Source: Candidatus Latescibacterota bacterium | GTDB taxonomy: Bacteria > Latescibacterota > UBA2968 > UBA8231 | Direction of reading: 5' to 3' | Assembly: GCA_965223905.1 (NCBI GenBank) | Contig: CBDCXV010000010.1 | Coordinates: 288,001-352,000 of the forward strand | Length of the DNA: 64,000 nucleotides | The notes under the pieces: model-generated | What the model was told of the DNA's origin: nothing | The model's database searches: none | Seen by the model: the letters and a program-made list of their open reading frames with translations, nothing else | Part shown: positions 31,810 to 41,821 of the stretch, in pieces | Position numbering within the stretch: the stretch's first letter is position 1 | Layout of the letters: the number at the start of each line of letters is the position of its first letter | Program-made: the position numbers and the translations under genes

Positions 31810-32555
31810 TCGACGGCCACCTCGTCATCGACTTCCACGGGCACGTGGGACGCTGGGATGCGCTCGATGCGGTCGACGACCCGGAGAAGATGCTGCGCGC
31901 CATGGACGCCGCCGGGATCGACCGGAGCTGCCTCTTCAACATCTTCCACCCCGACGGCCGCCCCGGAAACGACGCCACCGCCGCCTTCGCCGCCCGCCAC
32001 CCCGACCGCTTCATCGGCTTCGCCTACGTCTCGCCGACGATGCCGCGGACCGTCCGTCCCGAGCTGGAGCGGGCCATCGACGAGCTGGGGCTGCGGGCGA
32101 TCAAGATCTACCCACCCTACACCCCGTACCCTCTCGACGACCCTGCCTGGGACCCGGTGTACGGCTTCGCCGACGAGCGCGGCCTCGCCATCATCGCCCA
32201 CACCGGGGGCGAGCCGACCGCGGCCCCGGAGCAGTTCGGCCGCGCCGCGGCGCGTTTTCCGAACGCCTTGTTCGTCGCCGGGCACAGCGGCAACGTCGAG
32301 CCGTACCGGTCCCAGGCGATCGCCGCGGCCCGCGACAACGCCAACTACTACCTCGAGACCTGCTCGACCTTCCGGCAGCCGGGGGTCGTCGAAAGGCTGG
32401 TCGCCGAGGCCGGGGCGGACCGGGTGATCTTCGGGTCCGACATCCCGTTGATGGACCCGCGGCCGCAGCTCGGCAAGATCGTCACCGCGGCCATCGACGC
32501 CCGGGCCAAGCGCCTGATCCTCGGCGGCAACGCCCGCCGGCTGCTCAAGCTGTAG
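31806..32555 (+). CDS. Amidohydrolase_2 family protein
   Basis: IDFHGH, AHTG, GHSG, FGSD.P and GGNARRLL; GTGA overlap with the upstream gene. Confidence 0.9.
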   Translation: MIDGHLVIDFHGHVGRWDALDAVDDPEKMLRAMDAAGIDRSCLFNIFHPDGRPGNDATAAFAARHPDRFIGFAYVSPTMPRTVRPELERAIDELGLRAIKIYPPYTPYPLDDPAWDPVYGFADERGLAIIAHTGGEPTAAPEQFGRAAARFPNALFVAGHSGNVEPYRSQAIAAARDNANYYLETCSTFRQPGVVERLVAEAGADRVIFGSDIPLMDPRPQLGKIVTAAIDARAKRLILGGNARRLLKL

Positions 32556-32574
32556 CTGCCCTGGAGCGGTTGCG

Positions 32575-35499
32575 ATGCCCGGCCGCCGCAATCCCGTGAG
32601 CCCCGGCAGGGGCGCCCTTTCCCTTGCGATCCTCGTTCCCCTACTGACACTGGAGGTCCCCGACGTGCAGGCGACCGAGCTGTTCGTCGCGCCGGACGGC
32701 AGCGACTCCAACCCCGGCACCCGCGACGCTCCCCTCGCCACCCCGGCCGCGGCCCGCGACGCCCTGCGGGCGCGGCGCGCAGCAGGAGCCTTGCCGGGGC
32801 CTGCCGTCGTCAACCTGAGGGGCGGCGCCTACCGCATCACCGAAACCCTGCTGCTCGGGCCGGAAGACTCCGGCACCGGGGAGGCCCCCGTCATCTGGCA
32901 GGCGGAGCCGGGCACCGGGGAGGTCCGCTTCGTCGGAGGGGTGCGGCTTTCCGAATGGCGACAGGTGGAAGACCGCGGCGTCCTCGAACGCCTGCGGCCG
33001 GAGGCCCGGGCCCGCGTCGTGCAGACCGACCTGCGGGCAGCCGGCGCCGCCGACCTCGGCATGCCGGCCCCTGTCGGCGGCCCCCGCGCCGAGCTGATCT
33101 GCAACGCCCGCTACATGCCGCTGGCCCGCTACCCGAACCGGGAGTGGCTGAAGGTCAGCGCCATCCCCGAGGGCGGGACCCTCGTCGAAACCCAGCGCGA
33201 CAGCCACTACGGCCGCTTCGCCTACGACGACGACCGCCCCGCGGGCTGGGCGGACACCGGCGACCTCTGGGTGCACGGGTACTGGGTCCACGACTGGAGG
33301 GATCAGTACCACCGCGTCGAGGAGCTCGACCTCGACAAGCGGGAAATCCGGCCGCAGCAGCCCTACCACCAGTACGGGTACCGCAAGGGGCAGCGCTTCT
33401 ACTTCCTCAACGTCCTCGAAGAGCTGGACGAGCCCGGGGAGTGGTACCTCGACCGCGGCAGCGGCATCCTCTACTTCTGGCCGCCCGCGGACCTCGCCGG
33501 GGCCGAGATCTTCTTTCCGCAGCTGGCCGAACCGATGCTCGTCATGCAGGAGACCCGCCACGTGCTGGTGCGGCGAATCACCTTCGAGGCGGCCCACGAC
33601 AAGGCGGTCGTCATCGAAAGCGGCAGCGACAACGAGATCGCCGGCTGCACGATCCGCAACTTCGGCGCCCGCATCGCCGTCGTCATCGGCGGCACCCGCA
33701 ACGGCATCCGCAGCAGCGACCTCTACGAGGTAGCCGGGGCCGGAATCCAGCTGGGAGGCGGAGACCGCACAACTCTCACTCCCGGCCGCAACCGGGCGGT
33801 CAACAACGACATCCACCGCACCGGCCGCGTCTACCGCACCTATCACGGCGCCTTCAGGCTCGAGGGGGTCGGCAACCGCATCGCCCACTGCTGGATCCAC
33901 GACCTGCCGCACCAGGGGATCGGCTACAAGGGGAACGACCACGTCATCGAGTACTGCGAGTTCGAGCGCATCGCCCTGGAGACCGGGGACGTCGGGGCGA
34001 CCTACACCGGCGCCGACTGGACCTTCATGGGGCACGAGTTCCGCTACAACTACTTCCACGACATCCACGGCCCGGGCAGGCTCGGCTGCTACACGATCTA
34101 CCCCGACCTGCCCTGCGGCGGCATCCACCTGCACCACAACATCTTCTACGACGTCGACCAGGTGTTCCACACCAACAGCGGCCGCGCCATGGTGATCGAG
34201 AACAACATCTTCCTGCGCGCCGACCGCGCCATGAGCTTCAGCGTCTGGAAGGACTCGGCGATGTTCCTGGAGGAGGGGCCCTGGAGGATGGTGGAGAATC
34301 TCGAGGCGGCCCGCTACGACCAGCCGCCCTACATCACCCGCTACCCGACGCTGCGGCAGCTCGCCGCGGACTTCAGCCTCGGCCCGGGCCAGCTCCTGCA
34401 GCGCCAGCTTCCCAAGGACAACCTGATCCGGCGCAACATCAGCCGCACCGGCCTGTTCCTGCGGCTCGGAGCGGAGGCGAGCCTCGACCACGTCCGGGTG
34501 GAGGGAAACCTGATAGCCGACGCCGAGGTCTTCCACGGCTCCTTCGACGGCAGCGGCGAGAGGGTCCTCTACAGGAACGGGGACGCAGAGGCCGCGGCCC
34601 GGCTCGGGGCGCGGGGGAACGTCATCCTCGACGGCGACCCCGGCTTCGGCGGCCTCGAGAGCCAGGACTTCCGGCTCGCCGCCGATTCCCCGGCGTGGGA
34701 CCTCGGGTTCGAGCCGATCCCCTTCCATGAGATCGGCCTGCGCGTCGACGAGTACCGGGAGTCCCTGCCGCGGCGGGCCGCGGCGCCGCTGATCACCCCC
34801 GGGTCCCGGGTCTTCCCCAACGAGGTGATGGTCAGCCTGACGCCGTCCCCCCTGCCCGGCGGCCCCGAGAGCGTGCTGCGCTACACCCTCGACGGCACCG
34901 ACCCGACCGCGTCCTCGGCGGTCTATTCCGGGCGGCTCCGCATCGATCGCGACGTCACCGTCAAGGCGGCCTCGTTCCGCGGGGGCGTGCAGTCGGAGGT
35001 GATTTCCGAGACCTACGAGCGCATCGATCTCGCGGAAGGGGCGGTGTATCTGAGCGATCTCGCGGAGCGGGAGGTCGAGGCGTATCCCGGCTGCTGGGCG
35101 CGGGACCGGAACTACCTCGGCGGGCCGATCCGCCTCGGGGGCAAGGCCTACCCCAAGGGGCTGCTCGTGCATCCGCGGGAGGCCGACGGCGGCGGCCGCG
35201 CCTGGGTCGTCTACGACCTGGAGGGCGCCCTGGATAAGGCCACGACCTTCACCGCCCTCATCGGCATCGACGACGAGATGGAGAGCTGGGGCCTCGGCTC
35301 CAGCATCTTCATCGTCGAGATCGACCGCGGCGGCGGCTGGGAGCGGGTGTTCGAGAGCGGCAGGCTCGCGGTCGGAGAGGCGCCGCAACGGATCAGCGTC
35401 GACATCTCCGGGGCCGGGAAGCTCAAGCTGATCACCACCGATGCGGGGGACGGCATCTCCTGCGACCACGCGGTCTGGGGGCTGGCGGAGCTGCATTGA
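32575..35499 (+). CDS. Right-handed beta-helix protein with chitobiase-C (Fn3-associated) and NPCBM/NEW2 domains
   Basis: FVAPDGSDSNPGT, ELDEPGEWY, RYTLDGTDPT and DHAVWG motifs. Confidence 0.85.
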   Translation: MPGRRNPVSPGRGALSLAILVPLLTLEVPDVQATELFVAPDGSDSNPGTRDAPLATPAAARDALRARRAAGALPGPAVVNLRGGAYRITETLLLGPEDSGTGEAPVIWQAEPGTGEVRFVGGVRLSEWRQVEDRGVLERLRPEARARVVQTDLRAAGAADLGMPAPVGGPRAELICNARYMPLARYPNREWLKVSAIPEGGTLVETQRDSHYGRFAYDDDRPAGWADTGDLWVHGYWVHDWRDQYHRVEELDLDKREIRPQQPYHQYGYRKGQRFYFLNVLEELDEPGEWYLDRGSGILYFWPPADLAGAEIFFPQLAEPMLVMQETRHVLVRRITFEAAHDKAVVIESGSDNEIAGCTIRNFGARIAVVIGGTRNGIRSSDLYEVAGAGIQLGGGDRTTLTPGRNRAVNNDIHRTGRVYRTYHGAFRLEGVGNRIAHCWIHDLPHQGIGYKGNDHVIEYCEFERIALETGDVGATYTGADWTFMGHEFRYNYFHDIHGPGRLGCYTIYPDLPCGGIHLHHNIFYDVDQVFHTNSGRAMVIENNIFLRADRAMSFSVWKDSAMFLEEGPWRMVENLEAARYDQPPYITRYPTLRQLAADFSLGPGQLLQRQLPKDNLIRRNISRTGLFLRLGAEASLDHVRVEGNLIADAEVFHGSFDGSGERVLYRNGDAEAAARLGARGNVILDGDPGFGGLESQDFRLAADSPAWDLGFEPIPFHEIGLRVDEYRESLPRRAAAPLITPGSRVFPNEVMVSLTPSPLPGGPESVLRYTLDGTDPTASSAVYSGRLRIDRDVTVKAASFRGGVQSEVISETYERIDLAEGAVYLSDLAEREVEAYPGCWARDRNYLGGPIRLGGKAYPKGLLVHPREADGGGRAWVVYDLEGALDKATTFTALIGIDDEMESWGLGSSIFIVEIDRGGGWERVFESGRLAVGEAPQRISVDISGAGKLKLITTDAGDGISCDHAVWGLAELH

Positions 35500-35737
35500 A
35501 CGGAGAAAACCGGACCGGCACGGGGCTCGATCCGTCGATGCCAGCCCCTGATCGTAACAACCCTTCGCGGCCTGCCGCGGTCGGTGAAGCCGTATCGCCG
35601 GCAGGTCCGGGCGGCAGACCGGACCGGTTCCGGCCTCGTCCATTTTTTCGAAGGAGCCACTTCGCAAAAGGTTCGGTCCAGGCACCAGGTCGGAAGGACC
35701 GGCAACCACCACATGGACATTCCCAGGAGATTCTGAA

Positions 35738-36838
35738 ATGAGCGCACCGCTCCGCGCCGCCGTGATCGGCCTAGGGCGCATGGGCAGCACCTTCGACGAC
35801 GAACGCACCGGCGGCGGCGCCGTGTACCTGCCGTACTGCCACACCCCGGCCTACCTCGCCTCGCCGCACACCGAGCTGGTCGGGGGAGCCGACCCGCACG
35901 ACGAGCAGCGCTCGATATACGCGGAGCGCTGGGGCCTGCAGGGGCACGTGTACGCCGACTACCGGGAGCTGCTCGAAAAGGAGAAGCCGGACATCGTCAG
36001 CGTCTGCACCAGCGCCCGGCCGCGGGCCGGGATCGTCGAAACCGCGGCGAACTCAGGAGTGACGGCGATCTGGGCGGAGAAGCCGATCGCCCTGACCCTG
36101 GCCCAGGCGGACCGCATGGTCGAGGTCTGCGCCGCCAACGGCGTCACCCTGGCGGTCAACTGCGCCCGGCGCTGGAACCCCCACTACGCCAGCGCCCGCG
36201 AGCTGATCATGGCCGGGGAGATCGGCGAGCTGCTGCAGGTGACGGCCTACTACCTGTGCGGCCTGTCCCACAACGGCAGCCACGGCATCGACGCCATGCG
36301 CTACCTCGCCGCCGACGCCGAGGTCCGCTGGGTGTTCGGGGAGATCGAGTCGGACGAGGCGGCCTTCGCAGAGGAGGATCCGCAGGGGAACGGGTACCTG
36401 GCGTTCGACAACGGCGTGCGCGGGTTCCTGCGCTCGATGGATTGCGGGCCGGTCACCGGGCGCGAGTTCGACGTCCTCGGGACCGGCGGGAGGATCCGCG
36501 TGGTCGAGAGCAACCTGCAGTTCGAGCTGTGGAAGCCGGTCCCCGGAGGTCCCCGGGGGGGCACGCAGGCGGCCCAGCTGCCTTTCCCCTACCCGACGCG
36601 CATCGAGGGGATGGGGCCGACCATCATCGACGACATCGTCAGGTCGGCCGAGGCCGGGAGCAAGCCGCGCTGCTCAGGCGCGGACGCGCGCGACGCTCTC
36701 GAGGTCGCCCTGGCGCTGCGGGAGTCGCACCGGCGGGGGTTCGTCCGGGTCGACCTGCCGCTGGAGGACCGCTCCCTCGGCATCGTATCGGCGGAAGCGC
36801 TGGAGGACGACCTGCCGGCGCGGGTGAGGCGGCTGTAG
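35738..36838 (+). CDS. Gfo/Idh/MocA oxidoreductase
   Basis: GLGRMG, EKPIA and HGID motifs. Confidence 0.9.
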   Translation: MSAPLRAAVIGLGRMGSTFDDERTGGGAVYLPYCHTPAYLASPHTELVGGADPHDEQRSIYAERWGLQGHVYADYRELLEKEKPDIVSVCTSARPRAGIVETAANSGVTAIWAEKPIALTLAQADRMVEVCAANGVTLAVNCARRWNPHYASARELIMAGEIGELLQVTAYYLCGLSHNGSHGIDAMRYLAADAEVRWVFGEIESDEAAFAEEDPQGNGYLAFDNGVRGFLRSMDCGPVTGREFDVLGTGGRIRVVESNLQFELWKPVPGGPRGGTQAAQLPFPYPTRIEGMGPTIIDDIVRSAEAGSKPRCSGADARDALEVALALRESHRRGFVRVDLPLEDRSLGIVSAEALEDDLPARVRRL

Positions 36839-37079
36839 GCGGGGGGTTGAGGGGGGCGGTCACAATTCTGATGAAAATTGAACACCCCTTGATGTTGGAG
36901 CCGGAGGGCGGTTCCAGCCTCGAGTGTTCAGTTCGGGCGGCTGGCCGAACGGATTCAGCCCGATGAGGTCGGGCAAATCGAAAGCTGGCTACTTAACCAG
37001 ACCGTCGTCTGGCGTCGCCATACCGCGCTGATCCGGGTGACGAGGTCGTCGAGCGCTTAGACATTCTTGGGGGGGAATG

Positions 37080-37601
37080 TTAAGAGCGCACTCTCCAATC
37101 GGTGTGGAAGTCCAACTCTCGAATCAGCTCGAATGTGTTTATGGGCCGAACGTCGAAATCACGACTCACGTCAGGCAACTTTCGGTTAGCCCGGGTTCGG
37201 CTTGGCTTGGAATGCTCGGTGGTTACCACACACCTTCCTTGTATATCAACGAGAGCATAAGCGACCAAGAACGGGTCGCGTCCCATCTTTACAATTTCCT
37301 CGTCGGTCAAGTCACTGGCATACCCCCGCTCGGTGACGCGGGCAACCAAGTCTACGTCAGCCTCTTCATCTAGCACGATCGCATCTTTGTTTGTCTTTGA
37401 CCACTCGACCAATGGATCCGGCCGATCCTCTGGTGGCGGGGGAAGGATAACCTCATCAAAAAACTCCTGAGGAATTTTGATCCGGCCGAGTCTGCCCATC
37501 TCCAACAACCAAGCCCAAAACTCAGGAATCCTCGAAATAGGGTAGTAATCCCGATTCGCGTCAATGAGTACATTGGCGTCCAGAAGGTAAAGCACAGGCA
37601 T
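37080..37601 (-). CDS. DUF4411-family PIN-domain protein
   Basis: YLLDANVLI, FWAWL, DPFLVAYA, VVTTE and KLPDV motifs. Confidence 0.88.
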   Translation of the reverse strand: MPVLYLLDANVLIDANRDYYPISRIPEFWAWLLEMGRLGRIKIPQEFFDEVILPPPPEDRPDPLVEWSKTNKDAIVLDEEADVDLVARVTERGYASDLTDEEIVKMGRDPFLVAYALVDIQGRCVVTTEHSKPSRTRANRKLPDVSRDFDVRPINTFELIRELDFHTDWRVRS

Positions 37602-37604
37602 TGC

Positions 37605-38798
37605 CTATCCTGAACGGCCTGCGCCCAGCAGTGATTGTACCTGCCTCGGCTTGACCCCCAGGATTTGTGCCGCTTTGGAAGTTGACAGAACATCTGCCGC
37701 AATCATGCGCTCCGCCAGCCCGATAATCCGATTGCCCAGTCGATGGCGGCGCACCCTATAGTAGCTTGGTCCGCTTTCCTGCTCGCGTGCCTGCGCACGG
37801 CTCCTTTCCCGTTCCCCATGCCACGCTTGGCGATATATGCCTGCCAACTGGTCATAGGTCTCCCGGGAGATCAGATCAGACCGATATGCCTTGTAGGCAA
37901 CCATGGCGCTGCTCACTTTGAACTCGCTCGCAAACGCTGTGATTCGTTCTGAGATGTGGCGGATATCGCCACGACCGTCGAGAGTGAGTCGCTTCAGTTC
38001 CCGTGCAGGCAGCAGGAACTCCCCTGCAACATCATTGCAGAACCGTTCTACCTCGTTTTCCACATTGCTTCCGCTGATCCCGGTATGACCGAGCAGGAGA
38101 TGAACCGTTTCGTGCAACAGGGTGAACGACCAGGCAGATTGTGCATCCTGATCGTTGATCACAATGAAAGGGGCCACTTCGTCCGCGATAGCGAACCCTC
38201 GAAAGACCGTCGTATCCAAGGCTGTCTTGTAGTTACCCAAGTCCCCCTTTAGCAGGACAAATATCCCCGCATTTTCTGCGTTCCCGCGCAACAGGTTAAA
38301 AGCAGCCGAGGCGTTGGACTGGGCGCGGTAGTCCGCCGAATCGAGGCCCAGCATCCCCTGCAATGATTCCAAAACTGCTGGGCCTCCATCTTCAATGCGG
38401 TGAGAGCCGACGAAAGCCAGCGCCTCCGCTTCCTCTTCATCCTCCAGCATGACGCGAACCATGCTCTGACGCGCCCTTATCTCCCGGATCAACGCGTCCA
38501 ACCGCGCTTCATCAGAGCTCTGATTTCTTTGGGTCAGGGTGCGGAAATCCACCCCCCGCTTACCCATCTGCGGCGGTTTGGAGAGGTAAAACGTGAGCAA
38601 CGGACGGCGGTACTGTCCCGCCATTTTTACCAACTGGGGGCGGGAGGGCTCCTTTAGACCTTGCTCAATCCGGGCAAGTTTCTCTACCGCGGAAGATCTG
38701 GGGGTATTTTGAAAGCCCAGCTGCCTGGCCGCCTCCTCCTGAGTAAGACCGGCCGTCTCGCGGGCCCAAATCATGATGGCCGGGTTGACCCTGGGCAT
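37605..38798 (-). CDS. XRE HTH plus ImmA/IrrE metallopeptidase
   Basis: VNP....WARE..GL, DFRT, FTLLHETVH and ERFCN.VA.EFLLP. Confidence 0.9.
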   Translation of the reverse strand: MPRVNPAIMIWARETAGLTQEEAARQLGFQNTPRSSAVEKLARIEQGLKEPSRPQLVKMAGQYRRPLLTFYLSKPPQMGKRGVDFRTLTQRNQSSDEARLDALIREIRARQSMVRVMLEDEEEAEALAFVGSHRIEDGGPAVLESLQGMLGLDSADYRAQSNASAAFNLLRGNAENAGIFVLLKGDLGNYKTALDTTVFRGFAIADEVAPFIVINDQDAQSAWSFTLLHETVHLLLGHTGISGSNVENEVERFCNDVAGEFLLPARELKRLTLDGRGDIRHISERITAFASEFKVSSAMVAYKAYRSDLISRETYDQLAGIYRQAWHGERERSRAQAREQESGPSYYRVRRHRLGNRIIGLAERMIAADVLSTSKAAQILGVKPRQVQSLLGAGRSG

Positions 38799-38942
38799 CG
38801 TTCTGCAGTCCCTCTTCTATTCGTAATGCGTAGTCAGGTTTTCGTTGACAGGCATCGCCTGTCATTACTCAAAGAAGCTATGCCACCTCGCACACGGGCA
38901 ACCGCCCTGTTTTCCGGCGGCCAAGTCGAATAGTGGCCGCGG

Positions 38943-39920
38943 TCAGTCCAGGACGCGGTCCTGGCCCGCCGAGGCCTCGTCGAGACGGGCCCGGTCCTCC
39001 GGCGTGATCGACCAGCCCACCGCGCCGGCGTTCTCCTCCATGTGGGCAACCGTGTCGCCGCCGGTGATGGCGGCCGTCACCTCCGGGTGGGAGAGCACCC
39101 AGTTGATCGCCGTCTGCGCCACGGTGCGGCCGTGGGCGCCGGCGATCTCCCGCAGGACCTCCAGGGTGCGGCGCGCCGCCTCGTTCAGAGCCTGCTCCAG
39201 GTCGCCGGCACGACCCCTGGCGTAGAGGGTGCCTTCAGGCGCCGGCTCTCCCGGGGTGTACACGCCCGAGAGCAGGCCCACCCCGAGGGGGCTGTAGGTC
39301 ATGACCCCGAACCCCTGGTCGCGCTGCGCCGGCCACATCTCACGCTCCAGCTCGCGGTTGAGGAGGTTGTAGGGGTTCTGGATGCAGATCAGGGAATCGA
39401 GCCCGAGGCGGTCCTGCGTCCACAACGCCTTGAGCACCTGCCAGGCCTGGAAGTTGGAGACGCCCACGTAGCGGGTCTTGCCGGCGCGCACCGCGTCGTC
39501 GAGGGCGCGCAGCGTCTCCTCGAGGGGCGTCCCGTCGTCGTACTCGTGCAGGATGTAGATGTCGATGTGATCGGTTTCGAGGCGGGCCAGGGTGCGGTCG
39601 ATCTCCCGCAGGATGTGATATCGCGACAGCCCCGCGTCGTTCGGCCCGCCGCCAATGCGGGCGGCCACTTTCGAGGTGACCACGAGGTCGTCGCGGTGCC
39701 GCTTGAGGACGCGCGCAAGGAGCTGCTCCGACGTGCCGCGGGTCTCGTAACCGTCCCCGAGGCCGTAGATGTTGGCGCAGTCGATGAAGTTGATCCCGAG
39801 CTCGATGCCCCGCTCGATGGCGCGTTCCGCCACGTCCGCGTCCTTCTGCCCGCGCAGGCCCAGGCCGTAGGCCAGGCGCGACACTTTCAGGCCGGAGCGG
39901 CCGAAATTTACGTATTCCAT
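38943..39920 (-). CDS. Aldo/keto reductase
   Basis: G.SGLKVS, D.AN.Y, GVSNF and YSPLG.GLL motifs. Confidence 0.93.
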   Translation of the reverse strand: MEYVNFGRSGLKVSRLAYGLGLRGQKDADVAERAIERGIELGINFIDCANIYGLGDGYETRGTSEQLLARVLKRHRDDLVVTSKVAARIGGGPNDAGLSRYHILREIDRTLARLETDHIDIYILHEYDDGTPLEETLRALDDAVRAGKTRYVGVSNFQAWQVLKALWTQDRLGLDSLICIQNPYNLLNRELEREMWPAQRDQGFGVMTYSPLGVGLLSGVYTPGEPAPEGTLYARGRAGDLEQALNEAARRTLEVLREIAGAHGRTVAQTAINWVLSHPEVTAAITGGDTVAHMEENAGAVGWSITPEDRARLDEASAGQDRVLD

Positions 39921-39973
39921 ACTCTCCTCCTTGGACTGTGTCTGAATCCGGGTCCCTCCATGCGCTCTATAAA

Positions 39974-40558
39974 CTAGGAGTTTTCCAGCAGACCGCCGGC
40001 GTCCAGCACATGCCAGAAGGCGTAGTCCGCATGATGCACTATCGTGTTCTCCAGGCTGCGGACGACCAGCTCACCCTCACCCGAATGGGCGCCTGCGGCG
40101 TGCGCGACCGCTTCCGGAAGCCCGACGGTCAGGCAGACGTGCACGCCGTAGCCGGGATGCCGGATCGAAGGGAACCCCGCGGCACTCGGCGATTCCCGCC
40201 AACGGGCCTGGTTCTCCGGGTCGAACTCCCACGGCTTGCCCACGTCATGGCACAGCGCGCAGGCAACCAGGAGGTCGCGGTTCACTTCGAGCTCGGGGAA
40301 CATCGCGGTCAGCTCGTCGCCGATGCGCATGGCGAGCAGCGTGACCCCGCGGATATGGTGGGTCTGTGTTCCCCGCTTGAGCGGCGGCGAGTCCGGATTG
40401 CCTGACGCACGGATTTCGTCAATCGATTTGAATGAGCTTTTGCCGAGAGCGTACGCCCACGCATCGATCACCTGGTTCCGCAGCGTTTCGTCGCCGATTT
40501 CGTTCACCTCGGGCAACGAGCGAACAACCGACTGCCGCAGCTCTTCAGAAATTTGCAC
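39974..40558 (-). CDS. HD domain protein
   Basis: H...V, CHDVGK, RH..YG and HHAD motifs. Confidence 0.88.
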   Translation of the reverse strand: MQISEELRQSVVRSLPEVNEIGDETLRNQVIDAWAYALGKSSFKSIDEIRASGNPDSPPLKRGTQTHHIRGVTLLAMRIGDELTAMFPELEVNRDLLVACALCHDVGKPWEFDPENQARWRESPSAAGFPSIRHPGYGVHVCLTVGLPEAVAHAAGAHSGEGELVVRSLENTIVHHADYAFWHVLDAGGLLENS

Positions 40559-40732
40559 GGTCTCCTCCTGTGTAAATCGAAATACTCGAGAGCGTGTTCA
40601 TCGGGTAATCGGCAAGTATGGATGGACCCATGAAGAGGGGCAACCAGCGATTGCCCGCGCTCAACCCCAGGCATCGTCGTCGAGCAAAGACGAGGAAACG
40701 GGCGTCGCCGATGCGTTGGCCGCCTGTGCCCT

Positions 40733-41821
40733 TCAACCGTAGATCTGCCGGAGCCGCCGCGCCGCCTCGGCCTGGTACTGCAGCTTGCGGTAGACCTCGT
40801 CCAGGTCGACCCGCGCCGCCGATCCGGGGGCGAAGCCGCAGTCGGGGTTGAGGACGATGCGCTCGGCGCCGATCACCTCCGCCGCCTGCTGGACGCGCTC
40901 CACGATCCGCGCCGCGTCGTCGATCTCCCCCGGGTGCACCCCGACGCAGCCGAGCCCGATTTCCAGGTATTCGGGGAGCTGCTCCAGAACCTCGACGTCG
41001 CCGGCGCCCGGGTTGGTGAACTCCAGGGTCAGGTGGTCGGTGTCGAGCTCCCGAAGGGCGGGGACGATGGGGCCGTAGCCGCCGCTGTGGTAGGCCTCCC
41101 CGCGCACTCTGGCGCCGGCTCTGCGGCACAGGTGGACCGCCCGCACGGCCTCGCCGGCGATGCCCACGAGGACCTCGTTGTCCATGTCGACGGAGAAGGC
41201 GGCCTCCTCGTCGGCGCCCCAGTCCTCTTCGTCGTAATGGTCGCGGACCTCGGGATCGACGAGCAGGCACAGGTGCGGATCGTCCACCTGCACGATGTCG
41301 GCCCCGGCTTCGACGACCAGCTCCGCCTCGCGCTGCAGGATCGGCGCCACCGCCTCGGCAAAGGCGCGCGGCGTCCCGTAGGCCTCGAGGGAGAGGTCCG
41401 CGTCCCACATGCGCTCGCCCAGCAGGGCCGGCGACGGCAGCGCCACCTTGATCAGGCGGTCCGTCAGCGAGCGCAGGTGCTCGACCTCGGCCGCCGCCAC
41501 CCCCTGGTTCCGGACCGACACCGCTCCGGTGACCACGGTCCATGGACGGCCGTCCTCCGTCCGGCTCACCTCGAACCCGTCGGCCAGCTCGGCGATGACG
41601 CCGATGTAGGAAGCCCGCCGCCACTCGCCGTCGGAGATCACGTCGAGGCCGGCCGCTTCCTGCACCGAGACAGCGTGGGCAACGGCGGCGTCGAGCCGGC
41701 CCTTCCAGCCCTCGTCCCGGCGGCCGTCGACGACGATCTCGCGCACGTACTCGGGCCGCGGCAGGGAGCCGACCACCGACGTCGGGAACAGGGATCCGCA
41801 GCGCTCCACGAGGGTGGGCAT
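40733..41821 (-). CDS. Cobalamin-independent methionine synthase II family (stand-alone catalytic domain)
   Basis: VVGSLPRP, SDGEWRR, HLC and NPDCGF zinc ligands. Confidence 0.9.
   Translation of the reverse strand: MPTLVERCGSLFPTSVVGSLPRPEYVREIVVDGRRDEGWKGRLDAAVAHAVSVQEAAGLDVISDGEWRRASYIGVIAELADGFEVSRTEDGRPWTVVTGAVSVRNQGVAAAEVEHLRSLTDRLIKVALPSPALLGERMWDADLSLEAYGTPRAFAEAVAPILQREAELVVEAGADIVQVDDPHLCLLVDPEVRDHYDEEDWGADEEAAFSVDMDNEVLVGIAGEAVRAVHLCRRAGARVRGEAYHSGGYGPIVPALRELDTDHLTLEFTNPGAGDVEVLEQLPEYLEIGLGCVGVHPGEIDDAARIVERVQQAAEVIGAERIVLNPDCGFAPGSAARVDLDEVYRKLQYQAEAARRLRQIYG

Noticed and set aside
32641-35844. Long antisense or alternate-frame ORFs (1067 aa here; also 2558..4360, 2824..4566, 41911..44010, 50244..51605)
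   Set aside because: Shadow ORFs of high-GC genes with no motifs, overlapping well-supported CDSs
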